A stretch of 64,000 nucleotides of DNA from Macrostomum lignano (Eukaryota): contig NIVC01003511.1 of assembly GCA_002269645.1 (NCBI GenBank), forward strand, positions 30,374-94,373. Direction: 5' to 3'. The notes below the pieces were generated by a model. It saw only the letters and a program-made list of their open reading frames with translations, was not told the origin of the DNA and searched no databases. Numbering within the stretch: position 1 is the first letter of the stretch; each line of letters opens with the position of its first letter. The translations under genes were made by a program, and so were the position numbers. Shown here piece after piece: positions 12,188-22,461 of this stretch.

Positions 12188-13154
12188 TGACGAGGGCGAT
12201 GGCTCTGGTGGTGTCGGTCGCGCAAAGGTACATAACTTGGTAGCCTGGTCCGTCCAAACGACCTGTTGCGCCCTTCAGCGACTCCAGCTGGCAGGCCACA
12301 TCATCCGCGCCGAGTCGTACTGACCAGAGCCGGTGCAGGCCGGTGCTGCTGCTAACGCTACAGGCCACCCTATCGGCCGGGGCAGGCGCGCACTCGGCGC
12401 CTGCTGGTTGACGCCGGCGCCCCGGATTCGACCGGCGGCGTGGCGTTCATTCGCGACCTGGCCTTGAAGAGCGCCCTGCGTATTCTGTTGTTGTTGTTGG
12501 TAGCCTGGAAGCATGCAGGTCGGCTTTTCCATGCGGGTATACGGTTAATGAATAAGGTAGATGTCAACATCCTTGTTGTCGAAAGTGCCTGTAAGGTTGC
12601 CAGATGCTGCGAGAGCTTGGAACAGGTTGATATGAATAATGTGCAGGTTTACTGGTTGGTTCGCCGGAGGCGGATTGCCAATGATTTGGTTGCTGGTCGC
12701 AGTGTCATATTTCGGCTGGCCAGCAGGGTTCGCCCTCAGAGCCCCGCTCCTAGTTTGACACAGCGTTGCGAACGGCATTACTCGTTCCCAGAGCTATCCG
12801 AGCTCGCGGACTCGCCTCTGCGTCGATCGCCAACCGGGCGACGCCTGGGCAGCAGGTGGAAGACGATCTTCCACGCCCCGACGTAGGCTTCCAAATCGCT
12901 CTTTCCGAGGACGTTTTCCCACTCAGCCGAGAAACCCATGTACGGGGTCTTACCGGGGAGCCCGGCGCGAATCTCCTCGATGCTCCTCGAGCCGGAGTAG
13001 AAGGCTCGGTAGCGCCTACAGGGCGGCGTGGTCGGGCACGCTCAACGACCATGGGTGGGACAGCGGTCGCGCAGTGTCCCAGGAGATGGACACAAGCTTT
13101 GCCAGCGCGAGCTCAAGCTGGGCCTCGTCCTTGAAGGCGAGGATGACGCTGCCG
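12188..13154 (-). mobile_element. Internal fragment of a LOA/R1-type LINE (ORF1 C-terminus + APE N-terminus), same family as 43434-47913
   Basis: ORF 12545-12778 ([17 protein letters not shown]...HIIHINLFQALAAS) aligns with 44007 onward. Homology spans about 43560-44330 of the long copy. Confidence 0.9.
12249..12496 (+). mobile_element. 5'-truncated RTE-like LINE 3' end (248 bp) with a (GTT)n tail and a 12-bp TSD, inserted in the LOA fragment
   Basis: TTGGTAGCCTGG occurs at 12237-12248 and 12497-12508 and splits the PGYQ codons of the LOA APE. The insert translates LQRLQLAGHIIRAES, like the RTE C-terminal RRLxxxGHxxR motif. Confidence 0.8.
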
Positions 13155-14055
13155 CGGAATTTTCGTCTCTCGAGCCGTATCGAATGGTCTAGAAATCCAT
13201 GCAGAGTAGGCTGGAATGGAGAAAACTGAATTGTAGAAAAATGGGGTAGGTAACCGCGCGGGGACTGGATATACCCCAGCCAGCTCCGAGGAGCTACCCT
13301 CTGTCACAGTAAACAACAGAGAAGCTTTGGATTGCCGTCTTACCACAGGATTGCTTCCAGGCGAGGCCCCGGCAGGCCCCAGGTCAACACTGCAAGATCA
13401 GGGGGCGGGAGGCCGGCTGTAGGTTTGGGACCAGACGCCAGGTCAGAGTGACAGCTGACGCCCAAGCCCTCCTCCACAGAAGTGGCCCTTGAGAACAGTC
13501 AGCAGCCAACTACTCAGCAGCCACCTGCCCAGCAAAAAGGCAGCAGGGGGGATCTGTTCTCCCACAGCCAGGCCTGAGCGAAAGAGGAGGGAGAAACCTC
13601 CTCGGAAACGAAAAGCTGGCAGATGTCACTGAGTCCCTCGGTTTAAGTTGCCATTTCCCCCCCTCCCCCATTTGCTGTATAAATTAAACGAGTCAAATTT
13701 CCAAAATAACAACAAAACTCGGAATGCCACAGCCTAATGTTTACAGCGCAATGCGACTCTCAGGTAAAACTCCGGCTTATCTTATTCAGAACTCCGCTTA
13801 TCGCACAGTGGTGCTGCTGCATTCCGACACTGCCCTATACTTTAAGACTGCCGTGCCGCCTATTTTCGAAATGCAAGTGCGTCAGAGTTGAACCAAGACA
13901 TGCTACTTTTAAGGACAGATCACTTTTGCTGCTGCTGCTGAGCTGGCAGGCAAATTTGCTTGAAGAAGAGCAAAGCACTCAATTTGAAGCCGTGTGGAAC
14001 AGCTGCGGCAGACAGCAGATCCGCAGAGAAGCGCTGCTAGGAAAGAGAAACCGGC

Positions 14056-16730
14056 ATGGGGAACACTCGAAGTGTAGCCAAGGCAACAGAGATGGAGCGG
14101 AAGCTGAGAGCGGCGCTGGAGGCTGGAGACAGCGAGGAGCTGCAGCGACTGTGCGGTGAGGTCGGCAGCAACATCGAGCTGAAGGTGGGCGGCTTCGGAA
14201 TGCAAAACCTTTTCTTTAGAAAGCTTCTTAAAATGCCGTTGGCCCATCACGTGGCCTGCAAGCCGGTGAGTTCGTCCTGCCTGGAGCTGCTGATTGACAG
14301 ATTCGGACCCGGCTGTCTGACACATATAAATGACAGTGATCAGACTCCAGTGCACTTGGCAGCCCAGCATCAGGACGAGTCTTGGATGAAGCTGGTTAAA
14401 GAGAAAGGAGGCAGAGGCTGTCTGAGAATTGTTGATAAGTGGGGGCAGACAGTCGCTCACTTTGCCGCTATGAACAGAAAAAGCAGTTCTTGTCTAAAGT
14501 GGCTGGTGAAGGAACTCGGCAGCGACTGTCTCACAGCTCCTGATAAAGACGGTGACACGGCCGTTCATTTGGCCGCTAGGCGCTGGAGTGGATCAAGAGA
14601 CAGATCGGAACTGACTGCTTTCGGCTGAAGACAAAGTGTGATAGAACAGCATTTCACTTTGCTGCTCAGAAGTCCGACAGCTCAAATCTGAAGTGGCTGG
14701 TGAAGGAGCTCGGCAGCGACTGTCTCACAGTTCCTGACAAAGAAGGTGACACAGCCGTCCATTTGGCCGCTCTGTATCAAGGCATCGAGTCGCTGGAGTG
14801 GATCAAGAGACAGATCGGAACTGACTGCTTTCGGCTGAAGACAAAGTGTGATAGAACAGCATTTCACTTTGCTGCTCAGAAGTCCGACAGCTCAAATCTG
14901 AAGTGGCTGGTGAATGAGCTCGGCAGCGACTGTCTCACAGTTCCTGACAGAGACGGTGACACGGCCGTCCATTTGGCCGCTAAGCATCAGCCAGTCGATT
15001 CTCTTCAGTTCATTTTTGACCAAATCGGAGCCGAAATGTTCAGTTTGAAGAGCAACAGGGGCATAACACCGGCTGATGTTGTTGAGAGATTTTGGTTACT
15101 CAATGACCAGTCAGCAAAGCAGGCCTGGATTTCCTCCACACAGCGGCTGCTCGGAGCCTCTCAGCCTCACGCTGGGTGAGTCCTGGCAGAGAGATGCTGC
15201 ATGACTGACGCTAAAATGCTGAAAATATTTTTGGCGAAAATTCATTGCGCTTTGATGATCGGCGCCCTGAAATTCTCAGCAGCGCAGCAGTCAAGCAAGG
15301 GCGTCACGAATTTCTTGGGGCAGCTCCTCATGGCACCCCCAAACTTCCTATGGCATCCCCAATCTCTTCATGGCACCCCTAAACCATGCCCTGGCGCCCC
15401 AATTTCAAGGTGTTTTTGGAAGGTAAAAATATGACAGTACAGATGTCGGCATTTAAGGTGCGACTCAGTGAGTCCGCGCTTAAATATGGGGCCAGTGTAG
15501 GTGAAGCAGAGGGTTGTGCCGCGGAATGCTGAGTGACTCCAAAGTACTCCGAAAGCCTCAAACAACTCAAAATTTATTGAATTCCTTTACCTAATATTCC
15601 CAGCGCCAAGAAGCAGCTGGACCCCAGCTTTACCGACTGGGACTTCATTCTGCAGGACGAAAAGAAGCAGCTCATCGGCCTTGGTGGATTCGGTGAGGTG
15701 TTCAAGGCCCACACAGACCGCAACCAGACGGTGGCTGTCAAGGTGCTGCCCATGAGCCAAGCTGAGCAAGACGCAGAGGAACTGAAGATAAAAATTCTGA
15801 TGGAGAAGCGGGGAGTTGAGATCCTCAAGCGACTCTCGCATCCCAACATTGTGCAGTTCCTCAAGTGCGAGCAGAAGTCGGATGGGCTGTACATCTTCAC
15901 CGAGCTGGTCTCGGGTCACAGCCTCTTTGAGCTGATGCAGCGTCAGAACAAGCCGTTCAAGGAGTCCGGGGTCAGGGACTTCTCCAGACAGGTGCGTCTC
16001 TGGGCTCTCTGGCATTGCCTGGCATGGGTGGGGTGAGTGTGGGATGAGTGTGGGATGAGTGTGGGATGAGTGTGGGATGAGTTTGGGATGAGTGTGGGAT
16101 GAGTGTTGAATCAATGTGGGATCAGTGTGGGATCAGTGTGGGATCAGTGTGGGATCAGTGTGGGATCAGTGTGGGATCAGTGTGGGTGGGATCTGGAATG
16201 GCTAGATCCAACTTGATGACTGCTCAAAACTGCTCCACCTGCAGATCTGCTTAGGCCTGAACTTCCTGCACTGCCAGCCGCAGGGCGCCATCCTGCACCG
16301 TGACATCAAGAGCTCTAATGTGATGCTCACCAACAAGGGTGTCATCAAGCTGATCGACTTCGGTCTCGCCAAGGAGATCGTCGGCACCAGCGACCTGAGC
16401 GACGGCGTCGATCCCAAAGGCACCCTCTACTTCCTGGCGCCCGAGCTGTTCATGGGCGATGGCGAATCGATTCCGTACTCAGCCAAGACCGACGTGTGGG
16501 CCTTCGGCTGCACCGTGTATGAGCTGACGGCCATGCAGCCTCCTGACGCGAACGTTCAGCAGTTCCGGATCGCCGTGCTGAGGTGCGAAGGGCGAGCGAT
16601 GCCTCAGATTGCTGACGGGTTCTCAGCCGGCCTGAAGGACTTCTACCTCAGGTGCGTAGACTATGACCCGAGGGAGCGAGCGGACACCGCGGAGCTGCTG
16701 GGGCACAGCTTCCTGAGAGTCTCATCGTGA
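14056..16730 (+). pseudogene. Ankyrin-repeat + STE11-like kinase, copy 2; exons 14056-15175, 15604-15991, 16245-16730; 16-bp deletion at about 14580 frameshifts exon 1
   Basis: Paralogous to copy 1, including introns and upstream DNA (about 13670 vs 4250). It lacks cataagggcatcgagt relative to copy 1, giving a stop at 14628. The kinase motifs are intact (GLGGFGEVF, VAVK, HRDIKSSN, DFG, APE). The N-terminus is MGNTRS. Confidence 0.85.
16025..16190 (+). repeat. 11-bp GTGGGAT(G/C)AGT repeat in intron 2 of kinase copy 2 (about 15 units)
   Basis: The period is 11 bp. The 5' units carry GATGAG and the 3' units carry GATCAG. Confidence 0.9.
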
Positions 16731-16804
16731 CTGCGAGAGCGACGGGCTGTGAGGGAGCTGAGCGACTCCTGAAGCGGGCGGCTTTGCTTGCTGATGTTGT
16801 CTGC

Positions 16805-17670
16805 TTTTGTTTATCTGATTGCCGTTTTTGTTTATCCGATTGCCCTTTTTTTATCCGATTGCCCATTTTGTTTATTCGATTGCCCTTTTGTTTATCCGAT
16901 TGCCCTTTTGTTTATCCGATTGCCCATTTTGTTTATCCGATTGCCGTTTGTGTTTATCTGATTGCCCATTTCGTTTATCCGAATGCCGTTTTTGTTTATC
17001 CGATTGCCCTTTTGTTTATCTGATTGCCCATTTCGTTTATCCGATTGCCGTTTTTGTTTATCCGATTGCCCTTTTGTTTATCCGATTGCCCATTTTGTTT
17101 ATCCGATAGCCGTTTGTGTTTATCTGATTGCCCATTTCGTTTATCCGATTGCCGTTTTTGTTTATCCGATTGCCCTTTTGTTTATCCGATTGCCCATTTT
17201 GTTTATCCGATAGCCGTTTGTGTTTATCTGATTGCCCATTTTGTTTATCCGATTGCCGTTTTTTATCCTATTGTCATTTTTGTTTATTCGATTGCCGTTT
17301 TTGTTTATTCGATTGCCGTTTTTTATCCGATTGCCGTTTTTGTTTATCCGATTGCCGTTTGTTTATCCGATTGCCGTTTTTTATCCGCGATTGCTGTTTT
17401 TGTTTATCCGATTGCCGTTTCTGTTTATTCGATTGCCGTTTTTTATCCGATTGCCGTTTGTGTTTATCTGATTGCCCATTTCGTTTATCCGATTGCCGTT
17501 TTTTATCCGATTGCAGTTTTTGTATATTCGATTGCCGTTTTTGTTTATTCGATTGCCGTTTTTGTTTATCCGATTGCCATTTTTGTTTATCCGATCGCCG
17601 TTTTTGTTTATTTGATTGTCGTTTTTGTTTATTCGATTGTCGTTTTTTATCCGATTGCCGTTTTTGTTAT
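16805..17670 (+). repeat. Minisatellite of about 21 bp (TTTGTTTATCCGATTGCCGTT) with a 104-bp higher-order period, downstream of the kinase copy 2 stop
   Basis: The ttgcccattt variant recurs at 17024, 17128 and 17232. Confidence 0.92.
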
Positions 17671-18601
17671 CCCAGTGTCATTTTTTTTATATAACTGTTT
17701 TGTTTTTTGAACTGCTCAGATTTGAATTTATTATCCATTTCTCTATCAATTTTCCTGCTGCTATCAGATGTTCGAATCAATTATCCAGTCATAGTTTTGT
17801 TTATTCAGCTGCGACCCGCAACTTAAATTTTGACTTCCGGGTTTGTTTTACTGGTTGCTCCTTTCACAATGAGACATTTTTGTGCTGACTTGAGTGCTAT
17901 TTCAGTTTTAAGCTGATCAAGGTTGATTTTGAAACTCTGGCACAAAGACAATCCCAATTCTCTAATCTACTCAAACTGCTCAATGCCTACTCCAGTGTAG
18001 TGTGAGCGTCTTGTGTTAATTTTTGAGTTCTATTAGCTAGTTGATTGTATTGTTGTCGATAATTAATTTGCTTATTTTAGTCACGCGTTTTTTCAATGTA
18101 CTTTTTGTCTCTTGAATAAAACAGATGAGTAGTTTCACCACCTTCGAGAGTCCTGCTTGTGTTGAGACTCGAAGAAAAAATCAACGCCGAACCCCATCTG
18201 CAGCGGTCCGCCTCAGTCCGTCCCAGAGCGAGCCAAGGTTCACGTAGTCGGGCCACTCACCCATGGCAAACAGGCTAACCGGGATCTGCACAAGCAGCGG
18301 GGAGCCGTAGCAGTCCTGCATCTGAAGCCGATTTCCTGGCTTCTCATCGATTCTGTCCAGCTTCCACTCGGACTCGTCCAGCATCTGCCAGCCGTCGCAG
18401 TCAATCCAGTGTGGAAAGATGATGAAGAACCAGAAAGCTCCCCCACTCAGACTCATCTAGGATGTCAACAACTCGTCTCGCCGTGGTCTTGAGCAGGATC
18501 TCCTCGAACGGCGGGTTGAGCACCCAGCCACCTTGATGCTGCATCAAGTGCTGAATCAAGGATTCGCTCGAACAGCAGGTCGATGCGGCGCACGCTGGCC
18601 C

Positions 18602-18800
18602 GCTGCTGACGCTGCAGGCACCTTACCGGTGGGGCAGGCCCGCACTCGACGTTTCGACTGCCTGCTGGCTGATGCCGGCGCCCCGGACACTGCCAGCGGT
18701 ACGTTCGTACGTTCGTGCCTTGAAACGCGCCCTTGTGACATTGTCCCACGATTGACTAGCTGACAATTTATTTTGTTGTTGTTGCTGTTGTTGTTGTTGG
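18602..18800 (+). mobile_element. RTE-like LINE 3' fragment with a (TTG)n tail, same family as 12249-12496
   Basis: gctgacgctgcaggc..ggggcaggc..cgcactcg..cctgctggctgatgccggcgccccgga aligns with 12345-12430. The tail is at about 18773-18800. No TSD found. Confidence 0.7.
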
Positions 18801-19605
18801 AGTACTTTGGTAGGTCATTGGGGTATTTTAGTTGGTCAGATCGGGATCATTTTGGTGTCTTGAGCGCTTCTTAGAATCCTCGTCAAGAGTAAATAAGAAA
18901 TTCAGTTCAAAGATGTTTTTGCTTCAAAAACGGAGCCGACAGCTCGCATTCGCATGTCGTCAAAGCAGAGGACTTGGCGCACTCTGTGTATTCATTAAAT
19001 GCAAATCAGACAGAAAAATCAAAAAAAGTTTTAAACTCTTTATCAGTCTAGAGCAGGTCCAAAATCACGCAGACCCAGCTCCAAGCAGTACAAACCGGTA
19101 CAGCTGGTCCAGTGTTGAGTTTGCCACAGGTGAGATGCTTTCAGCTGTGCCCAGCCAGTCTGCCGGCTCGCCCTCGCCCTCGCCGAGCCACAGCCTCACC
19201 ACGAAGTTGTACCTGCGCCAGTTCCACAGCCGGCCTGCATCGTAGAGCCAGCCGATCTCTCTCTGAGTCCAACTTGGTCGACTCAAGCTCATGGACTCAA
19301 TGTGGCACAGTGTTGGGATGCAATGGCACAGCACGCTGGGCAGGATGCCGCTTCTCCATACCTTTGGGTTTCTGTGAGTATCGTTTCCACTGTTGCCATG
19401 GTGATTAACTGTAGGTGGCTGGCGCTGCAAAACCGAATGCCAGACTGAGGCCAGGGTCGAACCTCGAGCGGCCAGGAATACGCCATCGCTCAGGCCGTGA
19501 CGCCTGTGGTCCTGCAACCAATCAGGGATCGGCTGGGGTTTGAGCTGGGGATTTGCTTGGGAGTCTGAGAATTGCCGCACTGAAGGTCTTTGATACAGGC
19601 ATTTT

Positions 19606-20012
19606 GCTGGCGCCCCTCTCTGCAGCTGGCGCCACTCTCTGTAGCTGGCGCCCCCTCTGTAGCTGGCACCCCTCTGTAGCTGGCGCCCCTCTGTAGCTGG
19701 CGCCCCCTCTGTAGCTGGCGCCCCTCTCTGCAGCTGGCGCCACTCTCTGTAGCTGGCGCCCCCTCTGTAGCTGGCACCCCTCTGTAGCTGGCGCCCCTCT
19801 GTAGCTGGCGCCCCCTCTGTAGCTGGCGCCCCTCTCTGCAGCTGGCGCCACTCTCTGTAGCTGGCGCCCCCTCTGTAGCTGGCGCCCCTCTCTGCAGCTG
19901 GCGCCACTCTCTGTAGCTGGCGCCCCCTCTGTAGCTGGCGCCCCTCTCTGCAGCTGGCGCCACTCTCTGTAGCTGGCGCCCCCTCTGTAGCTGGCGCCCC
20001 TCTCTGTAGCTG
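19606..20012. repeat. 17-19-bp GC-rich minisatellite (GCTGGCGCCCCCTCTGTA variants)
   Basis: Visible tandem units. The minus strand has no stop codon in any of the three frames. Confidence 0.92.
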
Positions 20013-20608
20013 AGCCAAATTTGCCAATTCTGCTGACTCCTGAGCACACACAAGTGGCACGCACTCATACAAACGCTCACACAGGGTGTACAACGGCTTT
20101 TTGACCTTCCAATCTTCAGGCATGTACATTGTCAGTGCCTTGGGGCTGGCCCTCATGGCTGTGAATCGCACGGCCACCCAGTGTGTCCAAGAGAGCCTCA
20201 TGCAGGACCCTTCCAACACATTTTACAAACACATTTTACCTGCCCAATTACAAAGTGGAACCTTCGCAGCTGAGAGACCGGTTTCACTATCAGCGAGTCG
20301 GTTGTCAGAGCTGCTCCGCCGAAAGTCAGCACCGCTTCCAGCTTCACTGTCAGCATCATCTTTGCTCTCTGCTGACTGCTCTCTGTCAAATATTCGCTCA
20401 GCAGGTCGTGTCTATGCGACAAAACGATGGTCGACTCCCAGCGGTGGGCGCTGGTGAGGTTCCGCCTGAGGCGCTCCCAGTTTTTACCGGCCGGAGTGGC
20501 GCCCATCGGCAGCCAGATGAAGATGAGCTGAGGCTGCATTATCCAAGCACAGCTGAGCAGGCTCACCTGTGATTGCAGTGGCTTTTGAGTCAAAAGAGTT
20601 ACAGTAAT

Positions 20609-20840
20609 CCTCTCCTCTCCTCTCCTCTCCTCTCCTCTCCTCTCCTCTCCTCTCCTCTCCTCTCCTCTCCTCTCCTTTCCTCTCCTCTCCTCTCCTCTCC
20701 TCTCCTCTCCTCTCCTCTCCTCTCCTCTCCTCTCCTCTCCTCTCCTCTCCTCTCCTCTCCTCTCCTCTCCTCTCCTCTCCTCTCCTCTCCTCTCCTCTCC
20801 TCTCCTCTCCTCTCCTCTCCTCTCCTCTCCTCTCCTCTCC
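20609..20840. repeat. (CCTCT)n pentanucleotide microsatellite, about 46 units
   Basis: Near-perfect polypyrimidine/polypurine tract. Confidence 0.98.
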
Positions 20841-22150
20841 CCTCCCCTCTCTCCTGTCAATTTTCGCCTCGCCTCTCCTTCATTCCATTGCCTCCTCTTC
20901 CTTCTATCCTTCGTCTGTATTCCCTTTGGCATCTCCTCTCGTTCCTCCTGTGTTCCTCAGTCATGGTCTGGATTCTCGACCCCTTGAGGTAAAAAGTTTC
21001 TCGACCCCTGATTGAAACAAAGATGTAAAGCAGCTACAGTTAAATGTAATCCATCTCATTTTCTCAATGCCTAACTTTATCAGTCTTAATTACCATGCTG
21101 AATGCTAACAAATGCATACACAGAATGACATTATGAACCCATCATGTCCATTCACCAATTCGTGAAATCGCAAGTCGGTCCCGCCAGACCCATCGGAATC
21201 TGCACTGCGCACTCGCGGCAGCACAAAGTGAGCAACATTGGGCACGGGGCTGCTCATGGATGCAGCTCTGCTGGCAACGTCTTGCAGATGTCGAACTTCG
21301 AGTCGCCTGCCCGAAGGCGAGGTCAAGCGCCAAGTACCTGTGCTGAAATGGGCCAGCGTGGATGGCGGTACCACCTGCGGCAGCTGGTCCTGCTTGGTCA
21401 GCGACAGCCGAGCAAGCAGCCCCTGCAGACTGCTGAGGCTGTCGCTGATGGAGCTGGTGAGTCTGCGGCAAATTTGAGATGTTGGCGAAATGCGACTGGC
21501 GATTTTTTGGTCACCGCCTTGAGTTGCTACCCGGGGTTTTGATGGCTCGGGAGTGTTCGGCTGCCCGTCCGTAGCATTTGCTTCTGTCATGCCAAAGAGA
21601 TGATTTAAGTGCGAAATATTGCGTCTCAGATAGAATAATCACATTCTTGTTTTTCATTTTTCATTTGATTTATTGTACATTTAGTTTCATTCAGTGTGAG
21701 TTTTATCATCACATGGGTCTTCATTAGGGGTTTATTATGGTGGTCTTCGACTTTGTTTTATCATTGTTTTTAGGGACTTTTCGGTTGTCATCAGGGCTCT
21801 TGGTTATCTGCGTTCAATACGCAATTTTTAATTCAGAAATGAATGCTCACCAGAACTACTGTTAGTAGCACTTCGATTGCCACTATTGGTCTCAGGCTGG
21901 TGCGAATCGATTTCCAACGAAATGGTCAAAGTTTCAGTAGCCCAGATGCAAAGCAGCAGAGCGACTGAGGCAGCGACCAGCTTTGATGTCGGCATTTGCT
22001 GCTTTTTCCCGATGCAAAAGCAATCAAATGTCACGACCAACAAATCTTTAGACTTGTAGAATCGATAATATCATCGGTAATTACCTTGAAACATTATCTC
22101 TCTGGAGAAGGCTGCACTGCTCATCAATATGTCTATGGCCTGAAGCTTGT

Positions 22151-22460
<310 letters not shown>

Positions 22461-22461
<1 letters not shown>

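Larger units (their letters stand above)
18181..21590 (-). pseudogene. PCIF1: Multi-exon gene with a C-terminal PCIF1/CAPAM-like NPPF adenine methyltransferase domain; frame disruptions present and gene model unresolved
   Basis: The minus strand reads GGWVLNPPFEEILLKTTARRVVDILDESEWG (NPPF codons at 18506-18517). After a 1-nt shift in a G5 run it continues AFWFFIIFPHWIDCDGWQMLDESEWK, matching PCIF1 GSFEANPPFCEELM...LLE...SFIVFIPEW. Upstream LWNWRRY..EGEG..SPV..LYRF resembles PCIF1 VWCLLRRY..EGTG..SLPV..LHRLF. Candidate upstream exons lie at about 20239-20566 and 21150-21590. Orthology is not established and no WW domain was seen. Confidence 0.55.

Noticed and set aside
16727-17710. Long ORFs (79-228 aa) after kinase copy 2
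   Set aside because: They are translations of the stop-free minisatellite.
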